IMG/VR virus record: IMGVR_UViG_3300050821_024078
Origin: an uncultured virus (IMG/VR IMGVR_UViG_3300050821_024078)
Taxonomy: Duplodnaviria > Heunggongvirae > Uroviricota > Caudoviricetes
Strand: one strand, 5' to 3'
DNA: 64,000 nt
Shown: one piece after another, positions 1 through 9,463 of the stretch
Layout: every line of letters begins with the position of its first letter
Position numbering within the stretch: the stretch's first letter is position 1
Notes under the pieces: model-generated
Seen by the model: the letters and a program-made list of their open reading frames with translations, nothing else
The model's database searches: none
Told to the model about the DNA's origin: nothing
Program-made: the position numbers and the translations under genes

Positions 1-933
1 ATGGAAATCGAAAAAATATTAATTACTGATACAGCAGAAATTTTAGATATTGCTGATAAAATATTTCCTGAAACTATAGGATTTAATTACGGTTATATTG
101 GTAGTTATTTAAATAAAAAACAAGTCCAAGATATTTCTGTCAAACTTGTCGATAATGAAAAAATTATCGGTTTCTATATTATGAACTCTGCATCATGTCC
201 CTCATTAGTTAAAGAAGCTCGAATATACGGTATTGATCCTATGAAGGGTATTGAGGGAATAGCTCTTGGTATAATTCCAGAATATAGAGGAACCGGTTTA
301 GGAAAACGTTTAATAATGTATCCTTATGCTATGACAGATTTTGATTACATATGGGGTAAACATTTTACACATCTGAATAATATGAAAGAATGGGCCAAAA
401 GAAGAGTTGTGATTGATGAAGGTTCTATATTCTTGTCTATAACAGCTTTAAGACATACAAATATGGGAACCATGCCGATGTTCAAGCATTATCAACAAAC
501 CGAAGGGTGGAATTGTGGGCCAACAGCTCTTTTAATAGCTTATAAACCCATGTTGAATTATAAGTCTACTACTATTGATGAAATATCTAGTCTTTGTGGT
601 GCTGATAATATTACCGGTACTACTGATGTAAGAATGAAAGCTGGGTTAGATGCTCTTGATATAAAATACTTACAAAGCTCTGAATTAAATAATAAAAATG
701 CTTTACACTGGTTAAAATATCATTTGAATGAATCTGATGTTTTTCTTCTTAGAGGTCTTGTTAAAGGTGTCAAACACTGGGTGGTTGTAACTAATTACGA
801 TAAAAGAAATAAAGTATTCCGTATACTTGATCCATGGCTTGGTGATTATGAACTAGATGGTACCGGATTATTGGAAATATGGCAACCAAGGAATTTTGAT
901 GGATTTATTTTGTTCAAAGAAAATTATATTTAG
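1..933 (+). CDS. GNAT acetyltransferase fused to a C39-like cysteine peptidase domain
   Basis: GNAT motif A (IPEYRGTGLGKRL); C39-like YQQTEGWNCGPTAL ... KHWVVV ... ILDPW; starts at the window edge so the start is uncertain. Confidence 0.7.
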   Translation: MEIEKILITDTAEILDIADKIFPETIGFNYGYIGSYLNKKQVQDISVKLVDNEKIIGFYIMNSASCPSLVKEARIYGIDPMKGIEGIALGIIPEYRGTGLGKRLIMYPYAMTDFDYIWGKHFTHLNNMKEWAKRRVVIDEGSIFLSITALRHTNMGTMPMFKHYQQTEGWNCGPTALLIAYKPMLNYKSTTIDEISSLCGADNITGTTDVRMKAGLDALDIKYLQSSELNNKNALHWLKYHLNESDVFLLRGLVKGVKHWVVVTNYDKRNKVFRILDPWLGDYELDGTGLLEIWQPRNFDGFILFKENYI

Positions 934-934
934 T

Positions 935-1504
935 ATGAAAACATTTACAAAAACTAAAAATAGATATGTTAGTCTTGGTATTTATGCACCAAGTAAAAAT
1001 TCTGAAACTTACGTAAAAGCACTTCCTGGTGATTATGTTTGTAATAAAAGTGGACATTACTACTATTATTTTGGTGAATCTATGTCTTTTAAGAATAGAT
1101 TGGTTGTTAAAAAATCTGTTTTTGAATACTATAAAAATTTACCAAATATTTCCGAAGAGATATTAGATGGTAATTTAGTTTATAAACTTACTAAAGATAC
1201 GTTAATGGTTGAAGTGAAAACATTAGCGAAATTTATTGAAATGTGTAGTATGAGAGCCGGTAACCAGTTGGTTGGTATTGATGATATAATGAAAATTTAT
1301 GAAATACTTTCTGGTAATCCAATGAAGAAAGACTTTATGCTCTTTGATAATGCTGGTGGTAGAAATTTTAATGTGATTGAAGGTGAATCTGCGAAAGCCA
1401 TTCTCGAAATGGTGAAAATAGGTAATCTTAAAGAATCTTACATCTATGCTTATGTTATCAATGGTAAGGAGGTTATTAACAACATTCCTTATTTTATGAA
1501 GTAG
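935..1504 (+). CDS. hypothetical protein
   Basis: ORF; ATG at 935 directly follows the previous stop. Confidence 0.6.
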   Translation: MKTFTKTKNRYVSLGIYAPSKNSETYVKALPGDYVCNKSGHYYYYFGESMSFKNRLVVKKSVFEYYKNLPNISEEILDGNLVYKLTKDTLMVEVKTLAKFIEMCSMRAGNQLVGIDDIMKIYEILSGNPMKKDFMLFDNAGGRNFNVIEGESAKAILEMVKIGNLKESYIYAYVINGKEVINNIPYFMK

Positions 1505-1564
1505 TTCTAAAACATATTAGGTTATTTGAATATAAAAATGTATTTTTGAGAAAATTATATAATT

Positions 1565-2977
1565 ATGGCAATTACAGCGAAACAACTTATAAGTCTTGGG
1601 TATATTACTGGACCTTCTATTGGTATAGCTATGAAGATAGTTGGTTATGCAACATCTGATGGTATGTCGGATGAAGGTATCACTACTATATTGGTAAATA
1701 TACTAACAGAACCAAAAAAATATTTGGAGACTTCTGAAGATCCGTTAATTCTTTCTCTAGCTTCTTCTTTATTACCTAAAGAAATTCCAAATGATACATT
1801 TGAATTAGTGGAACAGAAACCATATAAAATATATGGTGTCGAAAATATTGAACAAGGTGCATTGGATCAGATGAATATCGCTATGCGACTACCTATAACT
1901 GTTGCTGGTGCTGTAATGCCTGATTCACATTTAGGTTATTCTCTTCCAATTGGTGGTGTGCTTGCGACAAATAACGTAGTATCTCCGGCCTCAATAGGAA
2001 ACGATGTTTCGTGTATGATGAAACTAACCATTTACGATATTAAACCGTCTTTTTTAACAGGTCAAGTTGATAAGTTAAAAAATTCTCTTCTTGCTTGTAC
2101 AAATTTTGGTACTGGTGGAGAATTAGAAAAACCTGTAGATGATGAAGTTTTGGAAAATAGGGCTTTTTCTGAAATACCGCTTCTAAAAAGTTTACATAAT
2201 AAAGCTGTGCGTCAGCTATCAAGCAGCGGAAATGGTAACCATTTTGTCGAAATTGGTGTAGTTAATATTACAGATATATCCAATGAATTCGGGTTACCAA
2301 TTGGTGAATATGTGGGAATTCTTTCACATTCCGGATCAAGAGGTTTAGGAGCAAATATAGCTAAATATTATACAAAATTAGCCATGGAAAAATGTAAACT
2401 TCCTAAGGAGGCTAAAAGTTTAGCTTGGTTAGATTTGAATAAGCAAGAAGGTCAGGAATATTGGATTTCAATGCTTCTTGCTGGTGATTATGCAACAGCT
2501 TGTCACGCACATATCCATAAAAGACTTTCTAAATATATGGGTTGGAAAGAAGTAGGTAGTACCGAAAATCGACATAATTTCGCCTGGAAAGAACAACATA
2601 ATGGTCAAGAAGTAATCGTACACCGCAAAGGGGCGACTCCTGCGGGTAAAGGTGTTCTTGGAATCATACCAGGATCTATGGCTACTCCAGCTTATATTGT
2701 AAGAGGTAAAGGTGAACCAGAATCTTTAAATTCAGCTTCTCATGGTGCAGGTCGGTTAATGTCAAGAACTGCTGCTAAAAATAGTATTACAATGTCTTCT
2801 TTAAGAAAATTGTTAAAGGAGGAAGGTGTAGAGTTAATTGGTAGTGGTGTTGATGAGGCCCCTGGTGCATATAAAGATATTAACAAGGTGATGGGTTATC
2901 AAACTGATCTTGTTGATATTCTTGGTACATTTCATCCAAAAGTGGTTAGGATGTCTGAAGAAAAAGGTGATAATTAA
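1565..2977 (+). CDS. rtcB: RtcB-family RNA 2',3'-cyclic phosphate ligase
   Basis: MPDSHLGYSLPIGG, GNDVSC, GNHFVE, HSGSRG, HRKGA, SHGAGR, DEAPGAYKDI motifs. Confidence 0.95.
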   Translation: MAITAKQLISLGYITGPSIGIAMKIVGYATSDGMSDEGITTILVNILTEPKKYLETSEDPLILSLASSLLPKEIPNDTFELVEQKPYKIYGVENIEQGALDQMNIAMRLPITVAGAVMPDSHLGYSLPIGGVLATNNVVSPASIGNDVSCMMKLTIYDIKPSFLTGQVDKLKNSLLACTNFGTGGELEKPVDDEVLENRAFSEIPLLKSLHNKAVRQLSSSGNGNHFVEIGVVNITDISNEFGLPIGEYVGILSHSGSRGLGANIAKYYTKLAMEKCKLPKEAKSLAWLDLNKQEGQEYWISMLLAGDYATACHAHIHKRLSKYMGWKEVGSTENRHNFAWKEQHNGQEVIVHRKGATPAGKGVLGIIPGSMATPAYIVRGKGEPESLNSASHGAGRLMSRTAAKNSITMSSLRKLLKEEGVELIGSGVDEAPGAYKDINKVMGYQTDLVDILGTFHPKVVRMSEEKGDN

Positions 2978-2978
2978 C

Positions 2979-3188
2979 ATGTACGAACTTATCAGAAAAT
3001 ATCGAGAAAGTCTTTTAGAAAAAATTACTGATAAAGAACAGTTAAAAGCTGTTTTAGAATATATGGAATCAGTAGCTGGATCTACTAATCTCTCAGAGGT
3101 TAGTTACAGTGTACAAGATGCTATTGACGGTCTAAATAATAGGTTAAATATACTGAATCATGAAAATATTCAAGAAAATATTCAGTAG
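2979..3188 (+). CDS. hypothetical protein
   Basis: short ORF immediately after rtcB. Confidence 0.5.
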   Translation: MYELIRKYRESLLEKITDKEQLKAVLEYMESVAGSTNLSEVSYSVQDAIDGLNNRLNILNHENIQENIQ

Positions 3189-3342
3189 TAAAATAGATCG
3201 ATTAAAATCTCAAATAAAAGAGAAGAATTTACTTCTTTTAGATGAGGAAGAAAGTCAGTCCTTATATTACGTTCAGAAGTTGTATGATTGGCAGGAGGAG
3301 TTTGATGATGAAGATTTCTTAGAAAAATTTCTCACTATCTAA
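3160..3342 (+). CDS. hypothetical protein
   Basis: short ORF overlapping the previous one. Confidence 0.5.
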   Translation: MKIFKKIFSSKIDRLKSQIKEKNLLLLDEEESQSLYYVQKLYDWQEEFDDEDFLEKFLTI

Positions 3343-3421
3343 AAATAAAATTAGGAAATTTCAAAAACAGAAGTTACCTTTGTGATATATAAAGTATATA
3401 AGAACACAAATAATAAAAACA

Positions 3422-3508
3422 ATGCTTAGTTCAATAAAAAATAATAGCTTTAATTTTAATAAGAATTTTAACAAATTCTTAGCAGGAAAGCTATTAGGTA
3501 GAAATTGA
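3422..3508 (+). CDS. putative leader peptide (28 aa, MLSSIKNNSFNFNKNFNKFLAGKLLGRN, UGA stop)
   Basis: ATG after an A-rich tract, downstream of promoter-like motifs (3375-3398) and upstream of a terminator hairpin. Confidence 0.45.
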   Translation: MLSSIKNNSFNFNKNFNKFLAGKLLGRN

Positions 3509-3531
3509 GATAAGTAATAAAGATATAACTC

Positions 3532-3575
3532 AAAACCCTGGTCGCTTTTCAAAAGCTTCCGGGGTTTTTTGTTTT
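3532..3575 (+). terminator. intrinsic terminator / putative attenuator upstream of the tRNA cluster
   Basis: AAAACCCTGG...CCGGGGTTTT stem with inner GCTTTT/AAAAGC and a U tail. Confidence 0.7.
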
Positions 3576-3582
3576 AATACAA

Positions 3583-3784
3583 TATCCGATGGTGAAATAG
3601 GCAGACATACCCTCCCGTCTCGAGGGTGACGAGTAAATTAAACTGGTAAAGTTTGATAAGCTGACAAACTGGAATTGAAATAGACACAATTAAAATAAAA
3701 GGGGTTGACCACCAAGTCTGGCCAGGCGTAAATTTTGATTGATAGTTGAACAGCGTCATGGAGGTTCGAACCCTTCTCGGATAG
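3583..3784 (+). ncRNA. tRNA-like RNA (GUC anticodon-like loop) with a 132-nt variable-arm insertion
   Basis: acceptor TATCCGA/TCGGATA, D arm GGTGAAATAGGCAGACA, stem CCCTC/GAGGG around CCGTCTC, T arm GGAGG-TTCGAAC-CCTTC; insert closed by TGACG/CGTCA. Confidence 0.75.
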
Positions 3785-3795
3785 CAATAAAATAT

Positions 3796-3869
3796 GGGAC
3801 TGTAGCTCAGTTGGTAGAGCGACGGACTGAAAATCCGTGACAGCACCGGTTCAAATCCGGTTGGTCCCA
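3796..3869 (+). tRNA. tRNA-Phe (GAA)
   Basis: cloverleaf; ACGGA-CTGAAAA-TCCGT; no encoded CCA. Confidence 0.93.
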
Positions 3870-3876
3870 CAAAAAT

Positions 3877-3950
3877 GCGATCTTAGCTCAGATGAATAGA
3901 GCATTCGTCTTTTAAACGAAGGGTCAGCGGTTTGAATCCGCTAGGTCGCA
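3877..3950 (+). tRNA. tRNA-Lys (TTT)
   Basis: cloverleaf; TTCGT-CTTTTAA-ACGAA; D loop lacks GG and T loop is TTTGAAT (slightly atypical); no encoded CCA. Confidence 0.85.
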
Positions 3951-3977
3951 CTAAAACCCTTTATTTGTAAGGGTTAT

Positions 3978-4049
3978 GGACGCTTAGCTGAGAAGGATTA
4001 GCAAAAAGCTGTTAACTTTTAGAGGTTGGTTCGATACCAACAGCGTCCG
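3978..4049 (+). tRNA. tRNA-Asn (GTT)
   Basis: cloverleaf; AAAAG-CTGTTAA-CTTTT; no encoded CCA. Confidence 0.88.
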
Positions 4050-4114
4050 CAATAATTTTTACTATTTTTTAGCTCAAATACTGTATGAGCACACAATAAT
4101 TTCATATATAGATT

Positions 4115-4954
4115 ATGAAATTAGAATTTGATATTGAGTTTATTAAAAAGATTGTTTATGAAAGTCATAGTAAAAAAGAAGTTTTCAAAAAATTAAACTT
4201 ATCTTATGTGTGGAGAATTTTAAATGATTTTAATATATTTTTGAAAGAAAATCAAATAGATATTTCACATTTTGGAAAAAATCCTATTATTGAAAAAGTA
4301 TGTCCTAAATGTAGTACATTATTTTCTACTTATAAAAATGGTAAAATAAGCAGAAAGTTCTGTTCCAGATATTGTGCCAATAGTCATACACATAATGATG
4401 AAACAAAAAACAAAATTTCGGAATCATTAAAAAGAAGAGCTTCTGGTAAGCCAAAACCAATTAAGGATATACCAATTAAAATTCCTAAAAACAAAATTCC
4501 TAAAATAAAAGAATCTGTTATTAAAAAAGTTAAGATTACTTTGGAAGAAAAAATTATGGGTGAAATTTTTGAAGATATTTCACCATGGTCTATAAAAAGA
4601 AGAGTTGTGTTAGAACAAAAAGGTTGTTGCAATAAATGTGGATTGGATAAATGGTTAGAACAACCAATTATTTTAGAATTAGAACATAAAAATGGTAATC
4701 ATTATGATAATAGTCGAGAAAATGTTGAAGCTATATGTCCTAACTGTCATAGTCTTACTGATACTTGGCGAGGTAGAAATAAAAAAAATATAAAATTGAA
4801 AATAACAGATGAGCAATTATTGGATGCTTTATTAAAAAATAATTTTAATATGAGACAAGCTTTACTAGATGTTAATTTAGTACCTAAAGGTGGAAATTAT
4901 AAAAGATGTCATCATTTAAAAAGATTATATGAATCTGTAGTAAATAATAAATAA
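4115..4954 (+). CDS. HNH homing-type endonuclease with zinc fingers
   Basis: CNKCG...LELEHKNGNHYDNSRENVEAICPNCHS; CPKC...FCSRYC. Confidence 0.88.
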   Translation: MKLEFDIEFIKKIVYESHSKKEVFKKLNLSYVWRILNDFNIFLKENQIDISHFGKNPIIEKVCPKCSTLFSTYKNGKISRKFCSRYCANSHTHNDETKNKISESLKRRASGKPKPIKDIPIKIPKNKIPKIKESVIKKVKITLEEKIMGEIFEDISPWSIKRRVVLEQKGCCNKCGLDKWLEQPIILELEHKNGNHYDNSRENVEAICPNCHSLTDTWRGRNKKNIKLKITDEQLLDALLKNNFNMRQALLDVNLVPKGGNYKRCHHLKRLYESVVNNK

Positions 4955-4976
4955 TAAATAGTTTGAAAGATAATAT

Positions 4977-5276
4977 TTATTTATCAACAATATTCAACCC
5001 AACACTATTCCTCCTGGATAATTCACATTTACCAGATTGTAGATCTCTCATACATTCATCAATATCTTCCTGAACAGCATAGTCATAAGGATTGAATATC
5101 CAATAATTTGTACTTCTGATTTCGTTTTTAAAATCAATGATAGTATACAATACTGTTCTCTTAAGGTTGAATGGTTTTGTACATATAGCATACCGGTCAT
5201 CAGCAGCCTTTATTGTATATGGTCTTTTTTCTCCATAGAAGTAAACTTTATCTCCAACTTTTAGGGTATTTTCCAT
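4977..5276 (-). CDS. hypothetical protein
   Basis: ORF, 99 aa. Confidence 0.65.
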   Translation of the reverse strand: MENTLKVGDKVYFYGEKRPYTIKAADDRYAICTKPFNLKRTVLYTIIDFKNEIRSTNYWIFNPYDYAVQEDIDECMRDLQSGKCELSRRNSVGLNIVDK

Positions 5277-5342
5277 ATTTTATATAGTAAAACAAGGGTC
5301 TCCAGTACTATAATATATAGGTCATAAAACAATTCAAATATT

Positions 5343-5603
5343 ATGAAATTTATTTTAGAATTATTTTCGTCTTTCAAAAAAAGTGAAAGAAACGAACTTA
5401 AATTAACACATGGTAAACATGATATAAAATTTAAGACAAAGAAAACACCAAAAGAAGTAATTATAACTTTTGGTCCGGAATGTTATCCAACATGTGCTCC
5501 ACAACATAAGGATACTTGTCATGCTGAGATTATTCATCATGGATTTATTTTACATGCTGATATAAAATCTAACGAGAGAGTAATCTTCTGGAGGGTAAAG
5601 TAA
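5343..5603 (+). CDS. hypothetical protein
   Basis: ORF leading the glycosyltransferase cassette. Confidence 0.6.
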   Translation: MKFILELFSSFKKSERNELKLTHGKHDIKFKTKKTPKEVIITFGPECYPTCAPQHKDTCHAEIIHHGFILHADIKSNERVIFWRVK

Positions 5604-5604
5604 A

Positions 5605-6564
5605 ATGAACATAATAGTGTATGGTTGGTACGGGCATGGTAACATAGGCGATGAAAGTTTTAAGTTAGCATTCCAAAAGATATATCCCCAACACACATTT
5701 AGTTTTACTGATACAGATAAAGACTTTCACGAGCAGGGTTATGATTTGTGTATTATTGGTGGTGGTGATATAATCTGTAAACAAAATCTTGATATAATTT
5801 CTACATTGAAATGTCCCAAGATTGCTCTTTCTGTAACAATTACAAGAAATTCTTTAATAGAAGAGATTAATATATTGGATTTTATTTATACAAGAGATGT
5901 TTATTCTGAGCAGCTTCTTATAGATTATGGTTATTATAACTGTGATTATATTCCTGATGTTTCTTTAGTTCTTGATCCTAATGTAGAAAATGGAAAAAAA
6001 CTAATTCGTAACTATTTTCAAGAGTCTAAATCAGATCAATATGAAAAAGTATGTTCCTTAATAGTTAATGCTCATTTATTACCAACTCCTGAAAGCCCTT
6101 CCAAGTTAAAAAGTAGTTTCGATAAATTTATTAATGATTTAGCAGAATTTATGGATACGACATCTATGTCTTTTTTACTTGTTCCATATTCAATGCAATA
6201 CCCATGGGATGATAGGGTTACTAACTCCTATATTAATTCTCAATGTAAGTATTTTAATAAAAATGCTGTAATATTTGATAAGCTGGATGTACAAGAAACG
6301 CTTGATATTATAGGTGCTTCTGATTTAGTTATTACTACTAGATTTCATGGTTTGATATTCGGTTTAGCGTCACAAGTTCCGACTATAACAATTAGTTCGC
6401 ATGATAAGAACACATATTTCCTAAATACAATAGAAATGGATTATTTGGATTATTGGAATTTTAATTCAGAAAAGTTAAAGGAAATGTTAGATGAAAAAAA
6501 TACTTCAACAATTGATTTCAAAGAGAGAATCAAAAAATACAACGAAATTTGTTTCCTTCAATAA
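5605..6564 (+). CDS. polysaccharide pyruvyl transferase family protein
   Basis: YGWYGHGNIGDE, IIGGG, YTRD, TTRFHGLI motifs. Confidence 0.85.
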   Translation: MNIIVYGWYGHGNIGDESFKLAFQKIYPQHTFSFTDTDKDFHEQGYDLCIIGGGDIICKQNLDIISTLKCPKIALSVTITRNSLIEEINILDFIYTRDVYSEQLLIDYGYYNCDYIPDVSLVLDPNVENGKKLIRNYFQESKSDQYEKVCSLIVNAHLLPTPESPSKLKSSFDKFINDLAEFMDTTSMSFLLVPYSMQYPWDDRVTNSYINSQCKYFNKNAVIFDKLDVQETLDIIGASDLVITTRFHGLIFGLASQVPTITISSHDKNTYFLNTIEMDYLDYWNFNSEKLKEMLDEKNTSTIDFKERIKKYNEICFLQ

Positions 6565-7762
6565 GGACAATAAAATTTCCATTATATCGTCTGTTGAATT
6601 TGAGAATGATTCAGAGATTATAAAAACAAGAACTGATGTAGATCTTTTTATGAAAAAAGAAATAGCAATTAATGATTTAAAACTGGCCTTTATTTGTAAT
6701 TGGAATCAGAAGTGTGGTATATCTACCTATTCTGGTTTTTTGTTAAATTCATTAAAGGATAAAGTAACCGAATATAAGATTTTCTCTGAGTATAATACAG
6801 TTGAACAGCCGGCAGATGATTTGGTTCAGTATTGTTGGAAACGTGGTGAGAAGTTAAACGATCTATATGAAGCCATTAAAGAATATAGGCCTAATTGTGT
6901 AATCATTCAGCATGAATGGGGTTTGTTTCCTAATGCTGCACACTTTATGAAATTTATTACAAAGCTGGATGCTTTAAATATTTCCTATTTAGTTACAACT
7001 CATAGTATCTATGAACATCTTGATAAGACTATACCTCTTTCTATAATTAAGAAAGCTGTAGTTCATACTGAGAATGCTAAAGAAATTTTAGATAAGTCTA
7101 AATTTCCTGGAAAGATAACCGTTATACCACATGGTTGTCCGGCAGTTAATGAATATCCAGAATTATGGAATATATTTCAAAATCCTTATTTGGTTTTTGG
7201 TTACGGTTTTGGTTTTCGTTATAAAGGTGTAGAAGTAGCTATTGAAGCAATTCATCATTTAAAGACTACGGATCCTAAATTTTCTAATATAGTTTATGTG
7301 TATGTTTGTTCTGAAAACGATCAGAATTTAGGTGTACATAATAGTTACTATGAATCGTTATCTGACAAAGTGAAAGAATTAGGTGTTGAGGATAATGTAA
7401 TACTTGTTAGAGGATTTTTAAGTGAAGAGTTATTGTCCACTTATCTGAGAACTGTTAAGATGGCTTTATTTCCTTATGTGATGGAAGACAATAATACTGT
7501 ATACGGATCTTCTGGAGCAATAAAAGTTGCTATGTCTTATGGAGTTCCTGTTATCGCTTCTAACTCTCATTTGTTTGATGATATAGATGGTGTAGTAACT
7601 AGGATAACCGATTATAAAGAGCTCGCTGCTGAGATTGATAAAATATTCAGTAATGGTATTTATCGGGAGGCGTTAATTCAGAAACAAAAGGATTACTTGA
7701 TTAGTAATTCCTGGGATAATGTTGCTGATATGTATATACAAGCATTAAAAGAGGGTTTGTAA
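6491..7762 (+). CDS. glycosyltransferase family 4 (GT-B)
   Basis: CGISTYS, IQHEWGLF, IPHG, FGFGFRYKGVE, SGAIKVAMSYGVPVI. Confidence 0.85.
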   Translation: MKKILQQLISKRESKNTTKFVSFNKDNKISIISSVEFENDSEIIKTRTDVDLFMKKEIAINDLKLAFICNWNQKCGISTYSGFLLNSLKDKVTEYKIFSEYNTVEQPADDLVQYCWKRGEKLNDLYEAIKEYRPNCVIIQHEWGLFPNAAHFMKFITKLDALNISYLVTTHSIYEHLDKTIPLSIIKKAVVHTENAKEILDKSKFPGKITVIPHGCPAVNEYPELWNIFQNPYLVFGYGFGFRYKGVEVAIEAIHHLKTTDPKFSNIVYVYVCSENDQNLGVHNSYYESLSDKVKELGVEDNVILVRGFLSEELLSTYLRTVKMALFPYVMEDNNTVYGSSGAIKVAMSYGVPVIASNSHLFDDIDGVVTRITDYKELAAEIDKIFSNGIYREALIQKQKDYLISNSWDNVADMYIQALKEGL

Positions 7763-7771
7763 ACCCTCTTT

Positions 7772-8170
7772 TTATTTAAAACAATAATTCAATACTCTAG
7801 CAGATCTGTATAATTCACTATCGATATAAGCGATACCACCTCTTAAATTTACTAAATCTACAACAGCCTGAAGACTCCTTAATTCAAACTCGTTAAATCC
7901 ATCTGGTATTACATGTAGTATTGTTCTTTTACTTTTGGTATGAGTACTATCAATAACTTCAGCAATTGAGAATACTCCTTTCATTTCTTTGGTAATACAG
8001 TAAAAATGAATATTACAGTAAGTTTCTTTTTCTAAAATCTCTATTTGTTGACATTCTGATGTCCAATCTTCTACAACCGGATTATAGTAATCTATTTGTA
8101 TAGCTTTTATTAGTTCATCTCTCCAGGTTGTTTTAGCACAGGTACCACCTAAGAATATTCTATTTTTCAT
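7772..8170 (-). CDS. nucleoside 2-deoxyribosyltransferase-like protein
   Basis: IFLGGTC...WRD...YYNPVVEDW...GVFSIAE. Confidence 0.65.
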   Translation of the reverse strand: MKNRIFLGGTCAKTTWRDELIKAIQIDYYNPVVEDWTSECQQIEILEKETYCNIHFYCITKEMKGVFSIAEVIDSTHTKSKRTILHVIPDGFNEFELRSLQAVVDLVNLRGGIAYIDSELYRSARVLNYCFK

Positions 8171-8261
8171 TACTTATGATTTGTTTATACTTTTATATAA
8201 TTTGTTTGTGATAAGTTTAAGATCTCTTTATTGATATATAATAAAAACAAACTGTAAAATA

Positions 8262-8684
8262 ATGGGGAAGTATGTAAAAACCTTTGAGGGATTTTATGAT
8301 GAGAAATATAATTATGATCATATATGTGAAGTATTAAGTTTAGAATTAAATGAGGATCCAAAGAAGATATATCACTTCTGTTCTTTGTTTGAAGAATCTA
8401 TGTATTTCGAGGAAGATATGTCTGAAGATAACTATATTATAGCATTGAGAAAATTTATCGAAGATGTGAATAATGGTATAGAACCAGATCCAAGAGATGA
8501 CGACGATTATTATGATACAACAGTAATTATCGAAAGTAAAAAGCTTAATGAAGATAGATATACTGATTTATCGGAAAGAGATAGAGATTTTAAAAAAGAG
8601 TTTAAATCTCTGTTTAAAAAATTAAAAAGTCGTGATTTTGATGAAGAACATTGTTTAGAACTAGTAAAAGAAATACTTAAGTAA
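8262..8684 (+). CDS. hypothetical acidic phage protein
   Basis: ORF after a GATATATAA motif; N-terminal KYVKTFEGF. Confidence 0.65.
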   Translation: MGKYVKTFEGFYDEKYNYDHICEVLSLELNEDPKKIYHFCSLFEESMYFEEDMSEDNYIIALRKFIEDVNNGIEPDPRDDDDYYDTTVIIESKKLNEDRYTDLSERDRDFKKEFKSLFKKLKSRDFDEEHCLELVKEILK

Positions 8685-8714
8685 ATGAAAAGGTCCTTTC
8701 GGACCTTTTCATTT
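8684..8714. terminator. bidirectional terminator
   Basis: ATGAAAAGGTCC-TTTC-GGACCTTTTCAT between convergent genes. Confidence 0.75.
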
Positions 8715-9389
8715 TTAATGTAATAGTTCAACTTTTCCACGTTCAATAAATTTAAATTTGGTTTGTTTACCGGTAGTATGATCTATTACTAAATCATCCT
8801 TTACTCTGTAGGTCCTTCTTTTGTTCCCTCTTTCACCATTCCCTATTTGATTATTTCTGGTTGAACAAACCTCTTTGTTTATTTTTTCCTCATGAAGATC
8901 TCTTAATCTTTTTTCAAGTATGGTCCAGGCCTCTAATTCATTTTTAGGTTGATCTCTACCATCTATTCTAACTGATATCCCTGTAGGTTTATGTGTTAGT
9001 ACAACGCAAGAATTAACTTTGTTCTTATTTTGACCTCCAGGTCCGGAACCTCTGGTATAAACTCTATTAACTTCAGATCTATCTAATACAAAAGTATCAA
9101 TTACAGGATCCATAACAGCAACTGTAATACTGCTAGTATGAGTTCGTCCTTTTCTTTCTGTTGGTGGAGTACGTTGAAAGCGGTGATTACCGGTTTCGTT
9201 GTTGAAAAATTGCTTTACATCATTACCTTGTATTCATAATGAGATAAGTCCCTCTCTTCACTGGAGGATTTTTTGTGAAAAATTGTGATTGGTGCATGTT
9301 TTAATGTAAATAGCTGCCATATCCTGGATAAGTAGCTTTGCATCGGTACCACCTTCACCGATTCTTAATTCTAAATGTATGGTTTCCAT
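8715..9389 (-). CDS. RF1-like peptide chain release factor lacking domain 1, with two in-frame UGA codons (9260-9258 and 9236-9234)
   Basis: one frame gives LELRIGEGG...ILQ*REGLISL*IQG...ETGNHRFQRTPPTERKGRTHTSSITVAVM...GSGPGGQNKNK...RTY. Confidence 0.85.
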
Positions 9390-9463
9390 AATGTTTATAT
9401 ATGTTAAGAAAATTTTCTTAAAAACTTTTGGTGTTCTTATTCTATAAAAGAGAAACACTATTT

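Noticed and set aside
3627..3758. Group I intron in a tRNA
   Set aside because: Too short, located in the variable arm, and no core elements recognised
8715..9389. PrfH or ArfB assignment
   Set aside because: It carries the RF1-type GxHRxQRxPxTE...GRxHTS segment; ArfB lacks this domain and PrfH has a different motif
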